NCBI GenBank assembly: GCA_964501735.1
Contig: CAZCVG010000004.1
Location: 1 to 47,037, forward strand
Direction of reading: 5' to 3'
DNA: 47,037 nucleotides
From: an uncultured Gemmatimonadaceae bacterium
GTDB lineage: Bacteria > Gemmatimonadota > Gemmatimonadetes > Gemmatimonadales > GWC2-71-9
Part shown: positions 38,988-47,037 of the stretch, one piece after another
How the letters are laid out: the number at the start of each line of letters is the position of its first letter
How positions within the stretch are numbered: the first letter of the stretch is position 1
Notes under the pieces: model-generated
The model's input: only the letters and a program-made list of their open reading frames with translations
What the model was told of the DNA's origin: nothing
Databases searched by the model: none
Made by a program: the position numbers and the translations under genes

Positions 38988-39989
38988 CTGATCCTGCTCC
39001 CCACCCTCGACCAGTTCCTGGGATCCATCCTCGGCCTCGCCCTCGGTGATGCGCTCGGCGCCGTTGTCGAGGGCCGGCCGCCGGCGGAGGCCGCGGATTA
39101 CGTGGATCAGGTGCTCGGCAATGGCGGGGCGGGGAGCCGTGGCCGGCGGCCCTTCGAATTCGGGCAGGTCACCGACGACACCCAGCTGATGCGGGAGCTG
39201 TTGCTGACCATCGAGGACACCGGGACACCCGATCCGGCGCGTTTCGCCGAGCGGCTGCGGCAGTTCGTCGCGTCGGGCGACCTGATCGGAGGCGGACAGG
39301 CGCCCCTCGCCGCGACCGTCGCGCTCTCGCTCGGGGTCCCCTGGCAGCAAGCGGGTATCGCGCCGCCCTATGCCGGCAATGGGGCGGCGATGCGGGTGGG
39401 ACCGCTCGGGCTGATGTATGGCCACGACCCCGCCCGGCTCACTTCGGCCGTCCTGGATCAGGCGCGGGTGACCCACCGCGATCCACGAGCCGCCGCGGGC
39501 GCGCTGGTAATCGCCCTGGCCGCCGCCCGCGCCGCCGACCCCCGCCCGATTGTGCCCCGGGATTTTGCCACGGAGATCGCGCGGCAGGTCCGGCCGACCG
39601 ACGCCAGCGTGGCTGCTGCCGTGCAACAGGTGGCCGACTGGGCAGCGCTTCCGATGGCGGAGGCACTCGCCTACCTGGCCGATCACCCGATCGGGCCGGA
39701 GTGCCCATGGCCGGGACACGGAGTCTCCCCCTTCGTGACCGGCAGCGTCTGCTGGAGCCTGTACGCCTTCCTGCACCATCCCGACTCGTGGTGGGACGCG
39801 GTGTGCTTGGCCATCAGGGTCGGCGGCGACACCGATACCCTGGCCGCGATGACCGGGAGCATCGCCGGGGCCCGCCACGGCAGCCAGGCCCTGCCGGAAT
39901 CCCTCACGGCGCGCCTCACCGACCGCGGACGCTGGGACCGCGCGCACCTGGTGGGCCTGGGGGAGCGCTGCCACCGGCTGATCCGCTAG
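38988..39989 (+). CDS. ADP-ribosylglycohydrolase family protein (start uncertain; first canonical start is GTG 39102)
   Basis: FLGSILGLALGDALGAVVEG (N-terminal family motif, 39015-39074) and GGDTDTLAAMTGSIAGA. The open frame begins after the TGA at 38952-54 and has no ATG/GTG/TTG before 39102. CTG at 38988 is proposed. Confidence 0.75.
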   Translation: MILLPTLDQFLGSILGLALGDALGAVVEGRPPAEAADYVDQVLGNGGAGSRGRRPFEFGQVTDDTQLMRELLLTIEDTGTPDPARFAERLRQFVASGDLIGGGQAPLAATVALSLGVPWQQAGIAPPYAGNGAAMRVGPLGLMYGHDPARLTSAVLDQARVTHRDPRAAAGALVIALAAARAADPRPIVPRDFATEIARQVRPTDASVAAAVQQVADWAALPMAEALAYLADHPIGPECPWPGHGVSPFVTGSVCWSLYAFLHHPDSWWDAVCLAIRVGGDTDTLAAMTGSIAGARHGSQALPESLTARLTDRGRWDRAHLVGLGERCHRLIR

Positions 39990-40057
39990 CACCGCCGGGA
40001 AACGGGAACGGCCGGACCTTTTCGGCCCGGCCGCGTGGCGGAGGACAGGGTTCCACG

Positions 40058-40088
40058 GGGGGAGGTCCGGCGTCCGCCGGCCTCCCCC
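40058..40088 (-). terminator. stem-loop downstream of the SPFH gene (also downstream of the convergent ARH gene)
   Basis: GGGGGAGG-t-CCGGC GTCC GCCGG CCTCCCCC gives 13 bp with a one-nt bulge, 10 nt past the SPFH stop. Confidence 0.5.
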
Positions 40089-40097
40089 GGACTGCGG

Positions 40098-41003
40098 CTA
40101 CTGCACGTTCTGCCGAAGCTTGGCGATGTCCAGCATCGGAATCCCGCCCTCGGTGGGGACCAGCACCACCAGGTTGTTGGACCCCTTCATGTCGTGCAGC
40201 ACCTCGAGGTACTGCTTGGTGAGCGCCTCGGCGGTCAGCGTCTGGTTGAGGAGGCGCTGCTGGTCGCTCTGCAGGCGGGCCACCTCCACCCGGTGGCGCT
40301 CGGTCTGGATCTGCTGCTCCTGGGCGATCTTGGCGTTGATGGCCGCGACCACCTGGGCCGGCGGCTGCAGGTCCCGCAGGAAGAAGGCCGTCACCTCGGC
40401 AATGCGGAACGGCTCCCCGCCGGCCCGGGGCTGGGTGATGAGGGCCGAGTCCACCAGCGCCTGCATATGGTGGGCAATCTCGGTGCGCTTGGAGATATCG
40501 TTGATCGAGAACCGCACCATGCCGTCCCGCACACCCTGCCGGATCGCGTTATGGACAATGGAGTGAATCTGCTCCTCGGTCCCGATCTCCACGAAGATGC
40601 GGGGCGCGTCCTGGGGATTGATCTGCCAGCGGAGGCCGGCATCCACCGTCATGCCCATCTGCTCGCTGGACAGCGCCTCGATGGACTCCGCCTGCTCGCC
40701 GAACTGGGGAAACTGCTCCTCACGGGTCGAGTAGCGCTCCATGGACGACCAGGGCGCCACGAAGTGGATGCCGGGCAGGTAGGGCCGGTCGTCCACGCTT
40801 CCGAACGCGTGTTTCACCCCCACGGTGCCTGGATCAATGACGACCACCAGGGCCCCGATCATGATCAGCCCGCCCAGGGTGCCGAAGGCGAGCCCCATGG
40901 CCCGGAGCAGGCCGGAACTCCGGTTTCCCGGGCTTCCCGAGCGGGCCACCATCATGAAGAACGAGACCAGCAGGAGGACGCCGCCGAAGACGAGCTTGCC
41001 CAT
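40098..41003 (-). CDS. SPFH/band-7 (prohibitin/HflC-like) domain protein
   Basis: N-terminal TM segments, an SPFH core (IDPGTVGVKHAFG...) and a C-terminal coiled coil (QEQQIQTERHRVEVARLQSDQQ). Confidence 0.85.
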   Translation of the reverse strand: MGKLVFGGVLLLVSFFMMVARSGSPGNRSSGLLRAMGLAFGTLGGLIMIGALVVVIDPGTVGVKHAFGSVDDRPYLPGIHFVAPWSSMERYSTREEQFPQFGEQAESIEALSSEQMGMTVDAGLRWQINPQDAPRIFVEIGTEEQIHSIVHNAIRQGVRDGMVRFSINDISKRTEIAHHMQALVDSALITQPRAGGEPFRIAEVTAFFLRDLQPPAQVVAAINAKIAQEQQIQTERHRVEVARLQSDQQRLLNQTLTAEALTKQYLEVLHDMKGSNNLVVLVPTEGGIPMLDIAKLRQNVQ

Positions 41004-41079
41004 GGTGCACCTGGAAGGGGGATGGGGAAGGCAAGAAGGTAAGGCGTCCCGGCAGGACCGGCCAGCGGGCCCGGAATCG

Positions 41080-41109
41080 TTGACACTGTCCGACGCCTGC
41101 CGCTAAGTT
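41080..41109 (+). promoter_or_regulatory. sigma70-like promoter candidate for tRNA-Ser(GGA)
   Basis: TTGACA (41080-85), 18-nt spacer, TAAGTT (41104-09). It sits about 20 nt upstream of the tRNA 5' end. Confidence 0.45.
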
Positions 41110-41128
41110 GAGCGCCCGCAGTGCCAGG

Positions 41129-41215
41129 GGACGGGTGCTCGAGTGGTTTAAGAGGCACGCCTGGAAAGCGTGTAAACCCGCAAGGGTTTCGCGGGTTCGA
41201 ATCCCGCCCTGTCCG
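41129..41215 (+). tRNA. tRNA-Ser (anticodon GGA)
   Basis: Acceptor GGACGGG/CCTGTCC (one G-U pair), anticodon stem CACGC/GCGTG with loop CTGGAAA, long variable arm, T-arm GCGGG-TTCGAAT-CCCGC, discriminator G. Confidence 0.92.
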
Positions 41216-41232
41216 TGGAGTTTCCCGCATCC

Positions 41233-41276
41233 GAACGGCCTCCGGTACCACTCCGCAGGCCGTTCTTGTGATTTTT
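41233..41276 (+). terminator. rho-independent terminator after tRNA-Ser(GGA)
   Basis: 9-bp stem GAACGGCCT / AGGCCGTTC with a 15-nt loop, followed by TTGTGATTTTT. Confidence 0.7.
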
Positions 41277-41352
41277 CGGGGGCGTGGCCCCGCCGCAGGG
41301 AACCGCTTGGCGCCTGCCAGCGTATCTTCCTTATAGCCCCACGGGAGCCGTC

Positions 41353-42288
<936 letters not shown>

Positions 42289-42304
42289 GTCCCGCCCGGC
42301 CCAG

Positions 42305-42907
42305 GTGATTCGCCCGGCGCGGCTCCTCAAGCCGGCGGTGCTGCTGGCGTCGCTGGGCCCGGCCCTCTGGCTGGCCTGGGGGGCCGCGGGATTCGGCTCG
42401 CTGGGCGCCGATCCGGTCAAGAGTCTCCAGATCGTCACCGGACTGGCCGCGCTGGTCCTGCTGCTGGTGACCCTTGCGGTGACCCCCCTCCGGCGGGCGT
42501 TGTCGTGGAACTGGCTCGGCCCGCTGCGGCGGACCCTGGGCCTCGCCGCCTTTGGCTACCTGCTGCTGCACGCCCTCATCTACTTCATCCTGGACCAGTC
42601 GCTCGATCCCCGGCTGATCTGGGAGGACACCGTGCAGCACCCCCGCATCGCGGTCGGCTTCGTGGCCTGGCTGCTGCTCATCCCCCTGGCGCTCACCTCC
42701 ACCGACCGGGCCATCCGCCGGATGGGCAAGCGCTGGGGCCGGCTGCACCGCCTGATCTATCCCGCCACGTTCCTGGGGGTGCTGCACTACCTGATGGTCC
42801 AGAAGCTGGACCTCCGGGATGGCCTCCTGTTCGCGGGGGTCTTCGCGCTCCTCATGCTGGCCCGGCTCCCGGGGCTCCGGCCGGGGAAGGGCGCTCGGCC
42901 CGGCTGA
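42305..42907 (+). CDS. msrQ: protein-methionine-sulfoxide reductase heme-binding subunit MsrQ (YedZ)
   Basis: GTG start. 6-TM ferric-reductase-like protein with conserved His residues, adjacent to msrP. Confidence 0.88.
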   Translation: MIRPARLLKPAVLLASLGPALWLAWGAAGFGSLGADPVKSLQIVTGLAALVLLLVTLAVTPLRRALSWNWLGPLRRTLGLAAFGYLLLHALIYFILDQSLDPRLIWEDTVQHPRIAVGFVAWLLLIPLALTSTDRAIRRMGKRWGRLHRLIYPATFLGVLHYLMVQKLDLRDGLLFAGVFALLMLARLPGLRPGKGARPG

Positions 42908-42952
42908 CCCACTGCCCGCCGGGGCACCGACCGACTAGTTTCCCGGCCAACG

Positions 42953-43492
42953 ATGCCATCACGGTCCACCCTCCTCGACGAGCGAGCCATCGCCCGGGCG
43001 CTGACGCGCATGGCCTCGGAACTTGTGGAGCGCTCCCAGGGCGGGGCCGACCTGGTGCTGGTGGGTATCCAGCGCCGCGGGGTCGAGCTGGGCCAGCGCC
43101 TCGCCCGGCTGGTGGAGCAGCTGGAGGGCCGCCCGGTCCCCTGCGGCAAGCTGGACATCACGCTCTACCGGGACGATCTCCAGGCCATCGGGGCCCGGCC
43201 GGTCATCGGTGAGACCCAGATCCCCGGCGACCTCGACGGCCGCACTGTGGTGATCGTGGACGACGTCCTCTACACCGGCCGCACTATCCGGGCCGCCCTC
43301 GACGAACTGGCCGACTTCGGGCGCCCCCGGCGCATCCTGCTCTGCGTTCTGGTGGACCGCGGGGGCCGGGAACTCCCCATCCAGCCCGACATCGTCGGCC
43401 TCAGCCAGCCCACCGCCACCGGGGACCAGGTGGACGTGCTGGTCCGGGAACTCGACGGCCGCGACGCCGTCGAGCTGGTGCGGGCCACGTGA
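42953..43492 (+). CDS. pyrR: bifunctional pyr operon regulator / uracil phosphoribosyltransferase PyrR
   Basis: PRPP motif [18 protein letters not shown]. 179 aa. Confidence 0.93.
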   Translation: MPSRSTLLDERAIARALTRMASELVERSQGGADLVLVGIQRRGVELGQRLARLVEQLEGRPVPCGKLDITLYRDDLQAIGARPVIGETQIPGDLDGRTVVIVDDVLYTGRTIRAALDELADFGRPRRILLCVLVDRGGRELPIQPDIVGLSQPTATGDQVDVLVRELDGRDAVELVRAT

Positions 43493-44448
43493 CGCCGGTG
43501 CCCGCGCTCGGCAAGGACCTGATCGGGCTCGAGCACCTGACCGCCGGGCAGATCGGGCTCATCCTGGACACGGCCGAGCCCTTCAAGGAAGTGAGCGAGC
43601 GCCAGATCAAGAAGGTGCCGGCGCTCCGCGGCAAGACCATCGTCAACCTCTTCTTCGAAGCCTCCACCCGCACCCGAATCTCCTTCGAGTTCGCCGAGAA
43701 GCGGCTCTCGGCGGACACCGTCAACGTGGCCTCGTCGGGCAGTTCCGTGGCCAAGGGCGAGACCCTGGTGGATACGGCCCGCAACCTCGAGGCGATGCGG
43801 ATTGACATGGTGGTCATCCGCCACGCCGCCTCCGGCTCGGCCGAGTTCCTGGGCCGGCGGATCCGCTCTAACGTGATCAACGCGGGCGACGGCCAACATG
43901 AGCACCCCACCCAGGCGCTGCTCGACCTGCTCACCCTGCGGGACCGCTTCGGCCGGGTGGAAGGGCTCAAGGTGGCCATCTGCGGGGACGTGCTCCACAG
44001 CCGGGTGGCCCGGAGCAACATCTGGGGTCTCAGGAAGCTGGGCGCCGAGGTGGCGGTGTGCGGGCCGGCCAGCCTGCTGCCCCGCGACATCCGCGAACTA
44101 GGCGTCGAGGTGATCCCGCGGATCGAGGACGCCATCGCCTGGGCCGATGCCCTCAACGTCCTCCGGCTCCAGCTGGAGCGGATGACCGGCGGCTTCATCC
44201 CATCGCTGCGGGAGTACAACCGGGTCTTCGGGATCACCCGGGAGCGCCTCGAGCGGGCCCGGAAAGAGATCGTGGTGATGCACCCCGGCCCCATGAACCG
44301 CGGGGTGGAGATTGACAGCGACGTGGCCGACGGCCCGCACAGCGTGATCCTGCCACAGGTGACCAACGGCGTCGCGGTCCGGATGGCGGTGCTCTACCTG
44401 CTCGCCGGCGGCGCCCCCGACTGGCAGCACCAGGGAGGCAGTGAGTGA
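43489..44448 (+). CDS. pyrB: aspartate carbamoyltransferase catalytic subunit
   Basis: GTGA overlap. [11 protein letters not shown] and EHPTQALLD motifs. Confidence 0.95.
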   Translation: MTPVPALGKDLIGLEHLTAGQIGLILDTAEPFKEVSERQIKKVPALRGKTIVNLFFEASTRTRISFEFAEKRLSADTVNVASSGSSVAKGETLVDTARNLEAMRIDMVVIRHAASGSAEFLGRRIRSNVINAGDGQHEHPTQALLDLLTLRDRFGRVEGLKVAICGDVLHSRVARSNIWGLRKLGAEVAVCGPASLLPRDIRELGVEVIPRIEDAIAWADALNVLRLQLERMTGGFIPSLREYNRVFGITRERLERARKEIVVMHPGPMNRGVEIDSDVADGPHSVILPQVTNGVAVRMAVLYLLAGGAPDWQHQGGSE

Positions 44449-45737
44449 CGCGACCGATTCTCATCAAGGGTGGCCGGGTCATTGACCCGTCGCGGCAGAG
44501 CGACGCCATTGCCGACGTCTACCTGGCCGAGGGCCGGGTGGCCTCGGTGGGACGGAACATCGTGGGGGAGGACGGCTGCCAGGTGATCGAGGCCGCGGGC
44601 AAGGTGGTCGCGCCCGGGCTGATTGACCTGCACGTGCACCTGCGGGAGCCGGGCTTCGAGGACCTGGAGACCGTGGCCACTGGGGCCATGGCGGCCGCGG
44701 CGGGCGGGTTCACGGCGGTCTGCGCCATGCCCAACACCGACCCGCCCCTGGACAACCAGGGCGCCATCGGGTTCGTCATCAGCCAGGCCCAGAAGGCGGG
44801 CAAGGCCCGGGTCTACCCGGTGGGGACCATCTCCCTCGGCCAGAAGGGGGAGAAGCTGTCCGAGTTCGGCGAGCTGATGAGCGCCGGGGCGGTGGCCGTC
44901 AGCGACGACGGCCGACCGGTGATGAACTCCCACCTGATGCGCACCGCCCTGGAGTACGCCAGGACCTTCGGGATCCCCGTGGCCGACCACTGCGAGGAGA
45001 TCACACTGGCCCAGGGCGGCGCCATGCACGAGGGACTGGTGGCCACCCGCCTTGGCCTCAAGGGCATTCCGGCCGCCGCGGAGGAGATTCATGTTGCCCG
45101 CGACATCATCCTGTCGGAGCTGACCGGGGGGCACATTCACCTCTGCCACATGAGCACGCGGGGCTCGGTGGCGCTGATCCGGCGGGCCAAGGACATGGGC
45201 CTCCAGGTGACCGCCGAGGTCACCCCCCACCACTTCACCCTGACCCACGAGGCCTGCCAGGGCTACAACACCAACGCCAAGATGAACCCGCCGCTCAGGG
45301 AGGCGGCGGATGTCGAGGCGCTGCAGGGCGCCCTGAAGGATGGCACCGTGGACGTCATCGCCACCGATCACGCCCCCCATCATTACGACGCCAAGGAACG
45401 CGAGTTCGACGAGGCGCCTAACGGCATCCTGGGCCTGGAGACCGCTTTCGGCCTCGCGGTGACCCAGCTGGTGGCCCCGGGCCTGATGGCCCTGCCGGAC
45501 CTCCTGTACCGCATGAGCACCCGGCCGGCCCAGCTGTTCAAGCTCCCCGGCGGGTCCCTGGCGGTGGGCGCGCCGGCGGACGTCGTGATCCTCGATCCCG
45601 AGGCGGAATGGACCGTGGACCCGGGCCGCTTCTACTCGAAGAGCCGCAACACCCCCTTCGGGGGGAGGAAGCTCCGGGGGCGGGCGGAGACGACCATTGT
45701 CAGGGGCAGGGTGGTCTACCAGCGCCAGGGCGACTGA
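44445..45737 (+). CDS. pyrC: dihydroorotase (long, multifunctional-complex type)
   Basis: GTGA overlap with AGGGAGG upstream. [10 protein letters not shown] and ATDHAPH metal-binding motifs. Confidence 0.95.
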   Translation: MTRPILIKGGRVIDPSRQSDAIADVYLAEGRVASVGRNIVGEDGCQVIEAAGKVVAPGLIDLHVHLREPGFEDLETVATGAMAAAAGGFTAVCAMPNTDPPLDNQGAIGFVISQAQKAGKARVYPVGTISLGQKGEKLSEFGELMSAGAVAVSDDGRPVMNSHLMRTALEYARTFGIPVADHCEEITLAQGGAMHEGLVATRLGLKGIPAAAEEIHVARDIILSELTGGHIHLCHMSTRGSVALIRRAKDMGLQVTAEVTPHHFTLTHEACQGYNTNAKMNPPLREAADVEALQGALKDGTVDVIATDHAPHHYDAKEREFDEAPNGILGLETAFGLAVTQLVAPGLMALPDLLYRMSTRPAQLFKLPGGSLAVGAPADVVILDPEAEWTVDPGRFYSKSRNTPFGGRKLRGRAETTIVRGRVVYQRQGD

Positions 45738-46166
45738 GCCCCGTCCGGGCCCCGGCCGGGTCGGCGGCTTTCGGCAGCCGACGCGCGAGTTAGATTTGCC
45801 CGTCGGGAGTTGAGATATCGCCGGGATGCGGGGCGTCTCTCCATGCCCGCCGCCGGGGGTTCACCGGGCGAGGCTTGGCCGGGAGGGACTCCCGGGCCAT
45901 CTTCCCCCGAGGGGACTGGCGGCAGTGGACAACCGCCTGGCGCCATCTCCTGGGACGGCCACCAAGTCCGGCCGTCGGGCGGTCCCGGACGGGGCGCGGA
46001 AGGGCAGCCGGGCACCAGGCATGGCGGCCCGCCGGGGGGCGGATCGCTTCGGAAAGCAAGCACCGCGCGGCGATGATCCTGCTCGCCGCCCGACCGGCCG
46101 GCCCGGTACGCCGGCCCACTCACGGCCAGGTGCGGGCGCTGGCTGGCCTGCGAGAGAAACCGGGAC

Positions 46167-47037
46167 ATGACCAAGGCAACCGCCGACAACGAGAACCCGA
46201 TCGAACGGCTGCTCCAGGACCGGGCCCAGTTCGTCAATTGGCTGGCCCGCCTGAATTCCCCCGGGGAAGCCGCGGGGAGCGTGCCGGAGAGTGTCCGGGC
46301 GCGGGTACGGAGCGACTACCAGCGCCGCCTGGACGCGGTCCTGCAGGAGTTGCGCGGGCACGTCACCCTGATCGAGGAGCAGGTCGGAGACCTCACCGCC
46401 CGCCACGGGGCACTCACCCACCGCGAGCAGGAGCAGCAGGAGCAGCTGGCCGAGGCCGAAGTCCGGCACCTGGTGGGCGAGTACGACGAGCGCCTGTGGG
46501 ACGGGATCCGGGCCGAGCGCATGAAGGTCCTTGCCCAGGTTCGGGACGAGCTGGTGCAGACCAGTGCCGAGATCGCCCGCCTGAGCGAGGTGCTGGCCAC
46601 GATCCGGGCGCCAGTCGCGCCCGACCCGGCCGCGGCGCCTCCGCCACAGGCCGCGCCGCCGGTGTCGGTGTCCGCCCCGCGCCCGCCGGTACGCACCCCG
46701 GAGCCTCCGCCCCCCGAGCCAGAGGCCCCACCGGCCCGGCCCGCCGCCGCGGCCACGCCGCAGGCCCAGGCCGAGATTCCCTTCAAGGCGCCTCCCAAGC
46801 CGCAGCCCACTCCGGCTCCCGCCCCGAAGCCGCCGGTCAAGAAGGAAGAGGCCCCGGGACGGACGCTCTGGTTCCCCTCCGGAAAACCCACCGAGGCGCC
46901 CGCGCCCGGGGGCGGTGGCGGCGGCAAGGTGGACGAGCTGGCCTTCATCAAGTCCATTGATGCGCCCCCGGCAGCGACGCCCCCCAAGTCCCGGCCCAGC
47001 GGAGGGTTCATCAAGGCCGACAACGCCCTGACCCCGC
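46167..47037 (+). CDS. hypothetical protein, N-terminal coiled coil plus long Pro/Ala-rich region (3' end outside window)
   Basis: The frame from ATG 46167 stays open to the window end and is not in the ORF track because there is no stop. High GC3. Residues about 1-150 are heptad-like (QEQQEQLAEAEVRHL..), followed by a PAPKP-type low-complexity region. Confidence 0.6.
   Translation, partial: MTKATADNENPIERLLQDRAQFVNWLARLNSPGEAAGSVPESVRARVRSDYQRRLDAVLQELRGHVTLIEEQVGDLTARHGALTHREQEQQEQLAEAEVRHLVGEYDERLWDGIRAERMKVLAQVRDELVQTSAEIARLSEVLATIRAPVAPDPAAAPPPQAAPPVSVSAPRPPVRTPEPPPPEPEAPPARPAAAATPQAQAEIPFKAPPKPQPTPAPAPKPPVKKEEAPGRTLWFPSGKPTEAPAPGGGGGGKVDELAFIKSIDAPPAATPPKSRPSGGFIKADNALTP

Noticed and set aside
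38317-41215. The two tRNAs as possible tRNA-Sec (given selB nearby), or as att-site boundaries of a genomic island enclosing the DUF1761, ARH and SPFH genes.
   Set aside because: The anticodons are CGA and GGA, with standard 7-bp acceptor stems, so both are ordinary tRNA-Ser isoacceptors. The shared 20-nt GTAAACCCGCAAGGGTTTCG is just the class II variable arm. There is no integrase and no partial tRNA 3'-end duplicate.
45738-46166. Possible RNase P RNA, SRP RNA or tmRNA in the long gap. GCGCGGAAGGGCAGCC superficially resembles the SRP helix-8 GGAA region, and AAGTCCGG resembles the RNase P P4 region.
   Set aside because: The flanking conserved elements are missing: GAGGAAAGUCCGGGC and GGUAAGGGUGAAA for RNase P, the symmetric loop with closing pairs for SRP, and the tRNA-like ends for tmRNA. 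The helices do not close properly by hand.
45826-46170. A 114-aa ORF ending in an ATGA overlap with the downstream coiled-coil gene, which looks like translational coupling.
   Set aside because: The product is R/G/P low-complexity. Second codon positions are about as GC-rich as third positions, unlike the real genes here, and there is no SD or family motif. It is more likely non-coding leader.

Overview
This is a high-GC (about 70% by eye, not computed), densely packed bacterial chromosomal segment. Almost all of it is core metabolism in translationally coupled + strand operons. I saw no transposase, integrase, phage genes, CRISPR array or rRNA. My guess at the source is a high-GC diderm such as Gemmatimonadota; that is inference from gene content, not something the sequence proves.

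Gene order:
- fbp 3' end, then a split methylmalonyl-CoA mutase catalytic subunit
- a beta-barrel OMP (-) and a secreted HEAT-repeat protein
- FmdB zinc ribbon-argS-PfkB kinase-purM
- two tandem paralogous OMPs of unknown family
- ribD-ribE-ribBA-ribH-nusB-GT4
- hpf-hprK-PTS(Man family) EIIA/B/C/D-ptsH-ptsI
- metK-bifunctional nuclease-membrane-anchored hypothetical
- a cobalamin riboswitch driving btuF-like/permease/ATPase/TonB-dependent receptor/beta-propeller lipoprotein, followed without a break by recO-selB
- a small FlgD-Ig/T9SS-CTD-like secreted protein, clpB and tadA
- a small accessory-looking patch: DUF2231-like membrane protein, membrane-tethered LuxR regulator, a 283-aa hypothetical, tRNA-Ser(CGA), DUF1761-like protein, ADP-ribosylglycohydrolase, SPFH protein, tRNA-Ser(GGA)
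- msrPQ and pyrR-pyrB-pyrC
- a 429-nt non-coding gap, then a partial coiled-coil/proline-rich gene

Nothing here is an unambiguous novel system. The best candidates for a second look are:
1. the lipoprotein beta-propeller encoded behind the B12-riboswitch-controlled receptor, as a possible BtuG-like cobalamin-capture protein
2. the hpf-hprK-Man-PTS-HPr-EI operon
3. the tandem Cys-pair OMP paralogs
4. the stand-alone FlgD-Ig-like secreted protein
5. an ADP-ribosylglycohydrolase whose conserved N-terminus lies upstream of any canonical start codon

Many long antisense ORFs in the track are high-GC artefacts.
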